A stretch of 64,000 nucleotides of DNA from Longimicrobiales bacterium (GTDB taxonomy: Bacteria > Gemmatimonadota > Gemmatimonadetes > Longimicrobiales > Gaopeijiaceae), in the NCBI GenBank assembly GCA_965198065.1, contig CBDAON010000004.1, forward strand, positions 608,001-672,000. Reading direction: 5' to 3'. The notes under the pieces are model-generated. The model saw nothing but the letters and a program-made list of their open reading frames with translations. It was not told the DNA's origin and did not search any database. The position numbers and the translations under genes were made by a program. Positions 21,068 to 29,833 of this stretch are shown piece after piece; positions within the stretch are counted from its first letter, which is position 1; each line of letters begins with the position of its first letter.

Positions 21068-21823
21068 TCACTCCCCCTCGGGAACGCGGATCACCCGGTC
21101 CCACATCTCGGGCACGAGCTGATGCCGGTCCTGCGAAGCACAGTACAAAACATCGTCCTGGAGCCCAACCTCCACCAGGGCAACCCCGGCGCCGGTCTGG
21201 AGCAGGAGGTCGGTCGTGGGTTCATGCGCGCGTGCGAGCGCCAGCACCGCTCGAGACGTGTCGTCGCGATCGAGGTCGGAAGACCGGGCCCTCTTGCCCT
21301 TCCTGGCCGGGCCGTCCCCCTCGAGCGCGCGAAGGATCATTCCGGTGCAAAGCGCATCTTCGAGCGAGAACCGGTTCTCCCGTCCCGAGCACACCAGGAC
21401 GAGGCGCTCGGCCCCGGAGACCGCCCGCGCGGCCGCCGAGAGGTTCAGGAGCGACGCAGCGATCACCCGGTCCGCATCCTCGACGGCCAGGAAGGCCCGC
21501 GTCCCGTTGGTGGTGCTCATGACCAGACGTTTCCCCTCGACCCGCTCCGCCGTGAACTCGGCCGGCGAGTTCCCGAGATCGAACCCCTCGACCTTGAGAC
21601 CCTTTCGCTCCCCGCAAAGGAGCGTGTCGTCCCGGCCGAGGGAGTTAGCGAGACGGATCGCTTCCTCGGACGAAATGGTCGGATACACGGCCCGCGCACC
21701 GGCCGCGAGCGCTTCGACGATCGTCGAGGTGGCGCGCAGCACGTCGATCACGACCGCGGTGGAGCCCTCCACCTCACCGGGATCAACCTCCTGCGGGGTG
21801 AGGAACGTGCGGACCCGGGTCAT
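21068..21823 (-). CDS. comB: 2-phosphosulfolactate phosphatase family
   Basis: [43 protein letters not shown]. Confidence 0.92.
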   Translation of the reverse strand: MTRVRTFLTPQEVDPGEVEGSTAVVIDVLRATSTIVEALAAGARAVYPTISSEEAIRLANSLGRDDTLLCGERKGLKVEGFDLGNSPAEFTAERVEGKRLVMSTTNGTRAFLAVEDADRVIAASLLNLSAAARAVSGAERLVLVCSGRENRFSLEDALCTGMILRALEGDGPARKGKRARSSDLDRDDTSRAVLALARAHEPTTDLLLQTGAGVALVEVGLQDDVLYCASQDRHQLVPEMWDRVIRVPEGE

Positions 21824-23193
21824 GCGTGCTCCCCGTCCCGAGAAGGCCCGCGGTCCGCAAGGAATCGCTCGAGGAAGTGGGTGTCCACGTCCCCCTTCTG
21901 GAACGACTCGTTTCCGACGATCTCCTGAAGGAGCGGGATCGTCGTGGATACCCCTTCAATCACGAAAGACCCGAGCGCGTAACGGGATCGAACGAGGGCC
22001 TCCTCGCGGGTCTTCCCGCTCACGATGAGCTTGGCGAGGAGCGAGTCGTAGTACGGCGGCACCCGATACCCGGCGTACACGTGCGTGTCGAGCCTCACAC
22101 CCGGTCCTCCCGGAAGGTGGAAGGTCGTGATGACTCCGGGAGAGGGCTGGAAGTTCCGGTCCGGGTTTTCGGCGTTGATCCGGAACTCCATCGTGTGCCC
22201 CCTCATGGTCAGGGGGCCCTCCGGGAACGACAGATGTTCTCCGGCAGCGACCAGGATCTGCTCCTTCACTAGGTCGAAGCCAGTCGTGACCTCTGTGACG
22301 GGGTGCTCCACCTGGATCCGCGTGTTCATCTCGATGAAGTGGAAGGACCCGTCCGCCTCAAGCAGGAATTCCACGGTCCCCGCGCCCACGTACCCGACGG
22401 CTTCCGCGGCCCTCACCCCGGCATCCCCCATGGTCTCCCTGAGGGCCGGAGTGAGCGCCGGGGATGGCGCCTCTTCGAGGAGCTTCTGGTGGCGGCGCTG
22501 GACGGAGCAGTCGCGCTCGCCCAGGTGCACCACCCTCCCGTGCTGGTCCCCGAACACCTGGATCTCGACGTGCCGGGGGCGGAGGAGGTAGCGCTCGATA
22601 TACACCGCGGAGTCACCGAACACGGCCTGCGCTTCGTTCTGCGCCGCTTGGAAGAGGCGCTCGAAGCTCCTGGGCTCGTGCACCACCCGCATCCCCTTCC
22701 CACCACCCCCGGCCGATGGCTTGATCATCACAGGAAAGCCGATGCGCTCCGCCTCGGCCTCGGCCTCCCGAAGATCGCCAACGAGCCCCCCCGATCCGGG
22801 CACGGTGGGGACCCCCGCGTCCCGCATCGTCTTCCGCGCGGTCGCCTTGTCGCCCATCGCACGGATGTGGTGCGCCGCCGGCCCGATGAACGTGATGTGC
22901 GACCTCGCGCAGATCTCCGCGAACTCCGCGTTCTCGGCCAGAAAGCCGTACCCGGGGTGGATGGCCTCGGCCCCGGTGACCTCCGCCGCCGCGATGATCC
23001 GCGGAATGTTCAGGTACGACTGCGAGGGAGGGGGCGGTCCGATGCACACGTCCTCGTCCGAGAAGCGGACGTGGAGGGACTCGCGGTCGGCCTCGGAGTA
23101 CACCGCGACGGTCGAGACTCCGAGCTCCTGACAGGCACGGATGACCCGGAGGGCGATCTCTCCGCGGTTCGCGACGAGGACTTTCCTGAACAC
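21820..23193 (-). CDS. accC: Acetyl-CoA carboxylase, biotin carboxylase subunit
   Basis: [53 protein letters not shown] start 23193. Confidence 0.98.
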   Translation of the reverse strand: MFRKVLVANRGEIALRVIRACQELGVSTVAVYSEADRESLHVRFSDEDVCIGPPPPSQSYLNIPRIIAAAEVTGAEAIHPGYGFLAENAEFAEICARSHITFIGPAAHHIRAMGDKATARKTMRDAGVPTVPGSGGLVGDLREAEAEAERIGFPVMIKPSAGGGGKGMRVVHEPRSFERLFQAAQNEAQAVFGDSAVYIERYLLRPRHVEIQVFGDQHGRVVHLGERDCSVQRRHQKLLEEAPSPALTPALRETMGDAGVRAAEAVGYVGAGTVEFLLEADGSFHFIEMNTRIQVEHPVTEVTTGFDLVKEQILVAAGEHLSFPEGPLTMRGHTMEFRINAENPDRNFQPSPGVITTFHLPGGPGVRLDTHVYAGYRVPPYYDSLLAKLIVSGKTREEALVRSRYALGSFVIEGVSTTIPLLQEIVGNESFQKGDVDTHFLERFLADRGPSRDGEHA

Positions 23194-23210
23194 CGGAGGG
23201 GGGCCGCCCG

Positions 23211-23705
23211 CTACGCGGGCTCCACTCGGAAGAGGACCTGACCGTATTCCACGGGCTCGCCATTCTCGACGCACACCTCCCGGATGGTGCCGTCGATCTC
23301 GGACTCGAGCTCGTTCATGAGCTTCATCGCCTCGATGATGCAAAGAGGGTCGCCCTTGGAGACCCGCATCCCAACGTCCGTGAACGGCTCGGACTCCGGG
23401 GTCGGGGACCGAAAGAACGTTCCAACCATGGGCGACTTGATCTCGGCGAGGTTCCCCGCGGGCGACGGGGCGGGCTCCGCGAAAGGGGTCGGGCCCCCGG
23501 ACGACGACGCCCCGGCGGGGGCGGGATGGGCGTGGATGCCCGGGCCCTGAGACGAGGACGCGGGCACCGCCGGCGCCACGATCGGAGAGGGCGAGGGGCT
23601 CCTCGATACTCGGATTCTCGTCCCGCCCCGCTCGATCTCGATGTGGTCCAAGCCGCTCTTGTCGAGCGCCCGCATGAGCTTCTGGAGAAATTCGAGGTCG
23701 ATCAT
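23211..23705 (-). CDS. accB: Biotin carboxyl carrier protein
   Basis: [21 protein letters not shown], Pro/Ala linker. Confidence 0.98.
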   Translation of the reverse strand: MIDLEFLQKLMRALDKSGLDHIEIERGGTRIRVSRSPSPSPIVAPAVPASSSQGPGIHAHPAPAGASSSGGPTPFAEPAPSPAGNLAEIKSPMVGTFFRSPTPESEPFTDVGMRVSKGDPLCIIEAMKLMNELESEIDGTIREVCVENGEPVEYGQVLFRVEPA

Positions 23706-23735
23706 GGAACGACCACTCCCTTGCCGAGGGAGGGA

Positions 23736-24296
23736 TCAGACCCGCTCAAGGTATTTGTCCTCTCGCCGGTCCACCCGGACCACGTCGCCCTCCTCGACGA
23801 AGAGCGGAACCTGGATCACCGCTCCGGTCTCGAGGGTCGCCGGCTTCGTTCCGCCCTGCGCCGTATCGCCTCGAATCCCCGGATCCGTGCGCGTGACGGT
23901 CAGCTCCACGAAGTCCGGAAGCTCGACCGCGATGACGCGATCGTCGTGCACGAGCCCCTCACACTCCATGTTCTCCTTCAGGTACCGGAGCTGATCCTCG
24001 CCGATCAGGTCCCCCGAGATGGGGATCATCTCGAAGGTCTGCTGATCCATGAAGTGGTACAGCTGCCCGTCCGTGTAGCTGTACGTCACGGACCTCCGGA
24101 GAAGCCGCACGGTGGTCACCTTCTCCCCGGCTCGATAGGTCTTCTCTACCACGCGCCCGTTCAGTACGCTCTTCAGCTTCGTCCGGACGAACGCACCCCC
24201 CTTCCCCGGCTTCACGTGCTGAAAGTAAACCATGGTCCAGAGGGTCCCGTCGATATCGAGCACGAGCCCGTTTCGGAAATCTGCCGTTGAGGCCAT
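23736..24296 (-). CDS. efp: Elongation factor P (Lys at the loop tip)
   Basis: [34 protein letters not shown]. Confidence 0.98.
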   Translation of the reverse strand: MASTADFRNGLVLDIDGTLWTMVYFQHVKPGKGGAFVRTKLKSVLNGRVVEKTYRAGEKVTTVRLLRRSVTYSYTDGQLYHFMDQQTFEMIPISGDLIGEDQLRYLKENMECEGLVHDDRVIAVELPDFVELTVTRTDPGIRGDTAQGGTKPATLETGAVIQVPLFVEEGDVVRVDRREDKYLERV

Positions 24297-24331
24297 GGGG
24301 CGACCGAGCTCGACTCGCTGGAAGATTCCTA

Positions 24332-24769
24332 TCACTGGGCAGCCAGGCGGTGGACCAGCCCGCGGAGCGCTAGAAGATAGCCGTGGACCCCGAATCCAAA
24401 CACCACCCCGGACGCCACGTCGGAAAGGTAGGAATGACGCCGGAAGCGTTCTCTCGCGGCGGGATTGGAGATATGGACCTCGACGAACGGGCAACCGGCC
24501 CCGACCAGCGCGTCGCGGAGCACGACCGACGTGTGCGTGAGCCCGCCGGGGTTCACGAGGAAGCCGTCGACCCGTTCACGGGCCTCGGCTAAGAAGTCCA
24601 CGATCGCGCCCTCGTGGTTGGACTGGAAAGTCTCGATCTCGACCTCAAGTTCGGCGGCCAGCCGGGCGAGCGCGCGGTTGACGTCGTCCAGGGTCTCCCG
24701 CCCGTAGACCTCGGGCTCGCGGCTTCCCAGGAGCTGGAGGTTCGGGCCGTGCACCATCGCGATCCTCAT
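24332..24769 (-). CDS. aroQ: Type II 3-dehydroquinate dehydratase
   Basis: HGPNLQLLGSREPEVYG, QSNHEG, NPGGLTHTS, EVHISN. Confidence 0.97.
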   Translation of the reverse strand: MRIAMVHGPNLQLLGSREPEVYGRETLDDVNRALARLAAELEVEIETFQSNHEGAIVDFLAEARERVDGFLVNPGGLTHTSVVLRDALVGAGCPFVEVHISNPAARERFRRHSYLSDVASGVVFGFGVHGYLLALRGLVHRLAAQ

Positions 24770-24814
24770 GGGGTGACCCTCATGGGCGAAGGAACGATCA
24801 CGGCGGGCTCCCGT

Positions 24815-25906
24815 TCACGGCTCGAGGCTGGACAACCAGGACTGGAAGTCGTCCAGATCGTTTTCGTCCGCGGGGCCCTCGCTCGAGCGGTCGGCGGCGG
24901 ACGCGGCTTCGTGCTCCGAAGCCGGCCTCTCGTCCTCCGGGTCCGCGACCGCCGCGGCCGCCGGCACCTCGGGACTCGGGGCCAGCGACTCGATGGGAAC
25001 CGCCCCCTCGATCTTCTCGCCCCGAGCAGGGGCGAGGGATTCGATCGGGACGGCTCCCGGAACCCAGGCAAGGAGGTCTCCCAGGTAAGCCGAGATCGAG
25101 CGAGCCGCGGGAGCCAGCGGCCCCTTCGCGGACGCTGGGACCTCCCGTTGGACCTCGGCCGCGACCTCCTTCGAGCCCCGCAGCTCTTCCAGACGAGCCG
25201 ACAGAGCCCCGTCCTCCGGGTTCGTGGCCGCCAGTTGCTCATACACCTCGATGGCCCGGTCCACGAGCCCCTGCCTCGCGTAGAGGTCACCCATCGTCCG
25301 GGTCTGGAGGACGCGATCGTCGGCGACCGGGGCGGGGGCCGGATCCCACTCCTCCTCCTGCTCGGCGTCGGGCTCTGGCACGACCGCGATCTCCTCCACC
25401 CCAAGCTCGTCCGTCGCGACCGCAGCTGCGGGCTCGGCCTCGTGGTCGAGCTCGAGGTCCACCCCTTCCCCTCGAGCCGGCTCTGCCTCCATTTGTTCCA
25501 GCGCCTGGGAGAGGAGGTGCTCGGCCTCCCCATGCTTAGGCTCGAGGCGGAGCACCTCACGAAGATCGGTGAGCCCCGCCTCCCTGGCCCCGGAGGAAAG
25601 TGCGAGCTGCGAGCGCTCGAGCAGGGCCGTTACGTTCTCGGGGTCCAGCTCGATCACGCGATCCAGGTGCGCCCCGGCCGCTCTCCGATCGCCGCGATCC
25701 CGAGCCACCAGAGCCGCGACCAGATGTCCGGACGTGAAGTCGGGATGCCGCTCCACTCCGTCTTCCACAATCGACTGGGCTTCCTCAAGATCGCCCCGCC
25801 GACGGTACGCATCCGCAAGCGGCGCGAACGCGCGACCACTCGGGTCCCGCGCCGACCAGTCCTGGTTCCGGAGGAGCCGGATCTGCCGGTCGAGCGAATC
25901 TGACAC
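24815..25906 (-). CDS. TPR protein with acidic linkers
   Basis: FAPLADAYRRRGDLEEA, TPR repeats, TMGDLYARQGLVDRAIEVYEQL, C-terminal DDFQSWLSSL. Confidence 0.85.
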   Translation of the reverse strand: MSDSLDRQIRLLRNQDWSARDPSGRAFAPLADAYRRRGDLEEAQSIVEDGVERHPDFTSGHLVAALVARDRGDRRAAGAHLDRVIELDPENVTALLERSQLALSSGAREAGLTDLREVLRLEPKHGEAEHLLSQALEQMEAEPARGEGVDLELDHEAEPAAAVATDELGVEEIAVVPEPDAEQEEEWDPAPAPVADDRVLQTRTMGDLYARQGLVDRAIEVYEQLAATNPEDGALSARLEELRGSKEVAAEVQREVPASAKGPLAPAARSISAYLGDLLAWVPGAVPIESLAPARGEKIEGAVPIESLAPSPEVPAAAAVADPEDERPASEHEAASAADRSSEGPADENDLDDFQSWLSSLEP

Positions 25907-26004
25907 GCTGGATCCCTCCGGGACGGGAGCGGTATCAACCGAGGAGAGGCCCCCGGGGAGCGGCTGCGAGAATGCGATCCGGGCAACCCGAGACGGCGTG
26001 GTCG

Positions 26005-26034
26005 AAGATATGGACGGGCTGGAAAGGGTGTCAA
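26005..26034 (-). promoter_or_regulatory. sigma70-type promoter for the TPR-aroQ-efp-acc operon
   Basis: Minus strand TTGACA-N18-TATCTT. Confidence 0.7.
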
Positions 26035-26064
26035 CGGAACCCCGCCCGAGCGCCGCACCGCTGG

Positions 26065-26093
26065 TTGAGGAGCCTCAGACTTCCCATTAGCTT
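26065..26093 (+). promoter_or_regulatory. Divergent sigma70-type promoter for the PpiD-like gene
   Basis: TTGAGG-N17-TAGCTT. Confidence 0.5.
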
Positions 26094-26188
26094 TCGCCCG
26101 TTTCACCGAATCCGAAGCCGAACCGACGGGGATCCGTAACCCCCGGGAAGAACCGCGAGCCGGCCCCCCGCCTCAAGGAGCATGCCGT

Positions 26189-28039
26189 ATGCTGATGAAA
26201 CGGATGCGGCAGAACACGAAGATCATCATGCTGGCGACCGCGATCACGTTCGCCGCCCTCATGGTGTTCGAGTGGGGCATGAACGCCAGCGGGCGGAGCG
26301 CGGGGGGTGACCTCGGTCGGGTCGGGCGGTCCGTCGTACGGATCGAGGAATACCAAGTCGTCTACCGGAACCTGTACGACCAGATCCAGCAGTCGCAGGA
26401 GATGCCGATCTCGTCACAGCAGAACCGGGACATCGAGGACATGGCGTGGACTGAGGTCGTGAACCAGGTCCTGATCCTAAACGAGCTCGGGCGCCGAGGG
26501 ATCCGGGTCAGCGACGACGAGATCCGGGAGGCCGCGCTTTACGCCCCCCCCCCGCAGTTCTACACCGAGCCCGCCTTCCTCGATGAGAACGGGCAGTTCG
26601 ACATCCAGCGCTACCAGGCATACCTGAGCCAGGCCGGCCAGGACCCCCTCTTCCTCCAGCAGCTAGAGATGTACTACCGGGAGTCGATTCCCCGAGAGAA
26701 GCTGATGCGACAGGTAACCTCGGGGATCTACGTCTCGGACTGGGAGCTGTGGGAGCGGTGGAAGGCCACGGAGGAGGACTTGGAGGTAACGTATCTATCC
26801 GTGGATCCGGCCAGCCGGATACCGGACTCGGACGTGCCGGTGACGGAGAGTGAGATCGAGCAATACTACCGGGACCACCCTGAGGAGTTCGAGGTGCCTG
26901 CCAGGGCGTCGGTTCGCTTTGCGTTTCTCGACAAGACGCCCACGGCGGCCGATTCCGCCGCCACGCTGGAGCGATCGATCGCGATTCGCGACGAGATCGT
27001 GAACGGCGGTGACTTCGCCGAGATCGCGGCGCGGGAGAGCGCTGACGCCGTCAGCGCCGCGGCGGGGGGATCCCTGGGGACGGTCGAGCAGGGCTTCCTC
27101 CTGCCCCAACTCGACTCCCTCGCCTTCTCTCTTCCAATCGGCGAGGTGAGCGAGCCGACGCTCACGTTGGCCGGACATCACCTCCTCGAGGTCGTTTCCA
27201 GAGAGGACGGCCAGGCCGAGCCGAGGCACATCCTGATCCCGATCCGGCGTACCCCCAACTCGGATCTCGCCCTCCTAGTGCTCGCCGACTCACTTGAGTC
27301 CCTGGGGCTGGGGCGCACGGTACAGGCGGCCGCCGCCCAGCTCGGGCTCCAGGTACAGGAGGCCGTGATCACGGACGAGTTTGCCGTGCTCCCTAGCGTA
27401 GGGAATGCCGGCGAGGCCCAGGACTGGACGTTCGTAGACCAGGAGGGGGTGGGCGCGGTGAGCCCCGTCTTCGAGAACGAGACGGCGTTTTACATGGTCG
27501 AGATCCTCACCGTCGACCCGGCGGGCTCCCGCACGCTGGAGGAGGCTTCAGCCACGATCGAGCAGAGGCTCCGGCAGGAGCAGAAAGTGCGGCGGATCCT
27601 CCAGGAAGCAGGGCCCTGGGCCGGTGAGCTCCGCGGTGGAAGCACGACGATAGAGGAGCTCGCCGAGCGGCTAGGACTCGACGCCGTGCTGGTGGGCCCG
27701 TTCAGTCGGGAGGACTTCGTACCGGGTCTCGGCCAGGCGACGGCCGCGGTCGGGGCGTCCTTCGGCGTGGACGTCGGCGAGCACGCCGGTCCGGTCGTGG
27801 CTAACGACCGGGTGATCCTCCTTCGCGTGGACCTGAAGATGCCGGCAGATTCGGCGGCGTGGGAAGTGCAGAAGGTGACCCAGCGGACCCAGCTCACCCA
27901 GGAAATCCGCCAGAACCGCCTCGTCGAGTGGCTCGCCGGGCTCAGGGAGACCACTGGGATCATCGACAACCGGGAAGCCTACTTCCAGCTCGCCGAGGAG
28001 CAGGCACAGAACCCGATGCAGCTCCCGCCGGTCTTCTGA
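26189..28039 (+). CDS. PpiD/SurA-like membrane-anchored parvulin chaperone
   Basis: MKRMRQN plus TM anchor, SurA-N-like region, parvulin FAEIAARESAD..GGSLG..IGEVSEP..GHHLL; AAGGAG RBS. Confidence 0.9.
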   Translation: MLMKRMRQNTKIIMLATAITFAALMVFEWGMNASGRSAGGDLGRVGRSVVRIEEYQVVYRNLYDQIQQSQEMPISSQQNRDIEDMAWTEVVNQVLILNELGRRGIRVSDDEIREAALYAPPPQFYTEPAFLDENGQFDIQRYQAYLSQAGQDPLFLQQLEMYYRESIPREKLMRQVTSGIYVSDWELWERWKATEEDLEVTYLSVDPASRIPDSDVPVTESEIEQYYRDHPEEFEVPARASVRFAFLDKTPTAADSAATLERSIAIRDEIVNGGDFAEIAARESADAVSAAAGGSLGTVEQGFLLPQLDSLAFSLPIGEVSEPTLTLAGHHLLEVVSREDGQAEPRHILIPIRRTPNSDLALLVLADSLESLGLGRTVQAAAAQLGLQVQEAVITDEFAVLPSVGNAGEAQDWTFVDQEGVGAVSPVFENETAFYMVEILTVDPAGSRTLEEASATIEQRLRQEQKVRRILQEAGPWAGELRGGSTTIEELAERLGLDAVLVGPFSREDFVPGLGQATAAVGASFGVDVGEHAGPVVANDRVILLRVDLKMPADSAAWEVQKVTQRTQLTQEIRQNRLVEWLAGLRETTGIIDNREAYFQLAEEQAQNPMQLPPVF

Positions 28040-28144
28040 GCGCGGCGGGAGCCGGTTGCGGCGCGGACCGTAAACTCCTGATTGGTCGAGGCCGCCCGGC
28101 CTCCTCGACGAACGCACCGCCCGGTGCGTCCGCGCTCAAACTCT

Positions 28145-28435
28145 CTACTGGCTGGTCGTAAGGCGACGGGGCTCCCCGTCTCCTTCCTCATCCTTCTCGT
28201 CTTCCTTGTCGTCCTCCGCCTTCGGCGCCTCGACCTCCTCCTGCGGGTGAGGCTTCGGTTTGGGCTGCTCCGGTGGAAGCTTCAGCTCGCCCTCGATGTC
28301 GCGGAGCGAGCCCTTGAACTCGCGGATGCCCCGTCCGAGGGACGACCCGATCTCCGGAATGCGCTTGGCGCCGAAGAGCAGCAGGATGACCGTGAAGATG
28401 AGGATGAGCTCCCACATGCTGAGTCCACCAAACAT
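28145..28435 (-). CDS. tatA: Tat translocase TatA
   Basis: MFGGLSMWELILIFTVILLLFGAKRIPEIGSSLGRGIREFK. Confidence 0.96.
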   Translation of the reverse strand: MFGGLSMWELILIFTVILLLFGAKRIPEIGSSLGRGIREFKGSLRDIEGELKLPPEQPKPKPHPQEEVEAPKAEDDKEDEKDEEGDGEPRRLTTSQ

Positions 28436-28457
28436 GGTTCAGCCTCCCATCGCCGAG

Positions 28458-28742
28458 TCAGATCCAAGATCTCGCCACAAGGGCGACGATCCCGACCCCC
28501 ACGAGCGTGAGCACGTTGATCGTGAGCACGAGAGGACCCAGCGTGATCCCCACCGCCACCAGATCGAGCTCGAACGGGCCCACGGACGCAGATACCGAGT
28601 AGGTAAGGAAGCTCCGTGGGGCTCCTTCGGGCAGGAACCTCTCGGACAGCTCCGTGAAGAGGCCACCTAGGAACAGCCCCAACACCAGCGTCCAGATCGC
28701 GCGCGAGCGATCACGGTGCCGTTGGTCTAGGAGCGTGCTCAC
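28458..28742 (-). CDS. Small membrane protein, DUF4321-like
   Basis: Two hydrophobic segments flanking GPFELDLVAVGITLG..TINVLTLVG. Confidence 0.7.
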   Translation of the reverse strand: MSTLLDQRHRDRSRAIWTLVLGLFLGGLFTELSERFLPEGAPRSFLTYSVSASVGPFELDLVAVGITLGPLVLTINVLTLVGVGIVALVARSWI

Positions 28743-28758
28743 CCGGGGACCGCTTCCA

Positions 28759-28788
28759 AATGTAACGGCCCGTAGGACGTACGATGAA
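28759..28788 (-). promoter_or_regulatory. Possible promoter for DUF4321-tatA
   Basis: Minus strand TTCATC-N18-TACATT. Confidence 0.35.
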
Positions 28789-28815
28789 CCCCCCGGTCAG
28801 GGCCCACGCCGCCGT

Positions 28816-29823
28816 TCATCGGGAGCGCTCCACCGCGTAGGTCATCGCGTCCCCGAGGGCCGCCACGGCCTCCCCTCCCTCCGGAATCTCCTCCAGAGCC
28901 GCGCCCGCCAGGCTCGCGTAGCTCCTCGCGCGGCCCCGGGCATAGTCGAGGCCGCCGGCATCTCGCACCAGATCCACGATCTCCGCGATCTCGTCGTCGG
29001 AGGGATCCAGGCGAGTGAAGAACTCGCGAACGAGACTGCGCTCCGACGGGCCGACCCGCCGCAGCGCCTCTACGAGCGGGAGGGTCACCTTTCGCTCGCG
29101 CAGGTCGTGGCCCACCGGCTTTCCCGTTGCCGCCTCGCTCCCCTCGTAGTCGAGGATGTCGTCCGCGATCTGAAAGGCCATCCCGATGGCGTGGCCGAAG
29201 CGGCGAAAGGCCGCGCGGTGCCGGGGCAGGCCCACCAGAGCGCCCATGTCGCACGCGGCCGCCATGAGGGACGCCGTCTTGCAGGCGATGAGCCGGTAGT
29301 AATCCTCCTCCGAGGAGTCCAGGGCGTCGAAGGACACGAGCTGGCGGAGCTCCCCGACGCTCATCTCGTTCGACGCGACCGCGAGCGCTCGAATGGCCTC
29401 GAGGCGTCCGATCCGCGCCAGCTCCGTCACCGACCGCGAGTACAGGAAGTCCCCCGCGATGATCGCGACCTGGTGGTTCCAAAGGTGGTTGACCGTGGGA
29501 AGGCCGCGCCGTAGCACCGAATGGTCTACGGCGTCGTCGTGGACGAGCGTGGCCAGGTGCACCAGCTCTACGACCGCCGCGAGCGGCAGGGCGTCTTCGT
29601 GGGCGGATTCTCCGACCTCGCTCGCGAGCAGGAGCAGGGTGGGGCGGAAGAGCTTCCCCCGAAGCCTCAGGAGGTACTCGTTCAGGGCCTCCTGGTGCTC
29701 GAAATCGGAAAGGATGATCCGGCGGATCTCGTCTCCGACCCGATCCACCCGGTCCTTCACAGGGGCCTGGATCCGTGCCAGCCGGGAGATGGGCCTGGCC
29801 TCCGCGGGGCGCGTCTGGGTCAT
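28816..29823 (-). CDS. Long-chain trans-polyprenyl diphosphate synthase
   Basis: GKLFRP, FARM HLATLVHDDAVD..RRG (small Ala five residues before it), SARM FQIADDILD, GKPVGHDL. Confidence 0.93.
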   Translation of the reverse strand: MTQTRPAEARPISRLARIQAPVKDRVDRVGDEIRRIILSDFEHQEALNEYLLRLRGKLFRPTLLLLASEVGESAHEDALPLAAVVELVHLATLVHDDAVDHSVLRRGLPTVNHLWNHQVAIIAGDFLYSRSVTELARIGRLEAIRALAVASNEMSVGELRQLVSFDALDSSEEDYYRLIACKTASLMAAACDMGALVGLPRHRAAFRRFGHAIGMAFQIADDILDYEGSEAATGKPVGHDLRERKVTLPLVEALRRVGPSERSLVREFFTRLDPSDDEIAEIVDLVRDAGGLDYARGRARSYASLAGAALEEIPEGGEAVAALGDAMTYAVERSR

Positions 29824-29833
29824 GAAGGGACGC

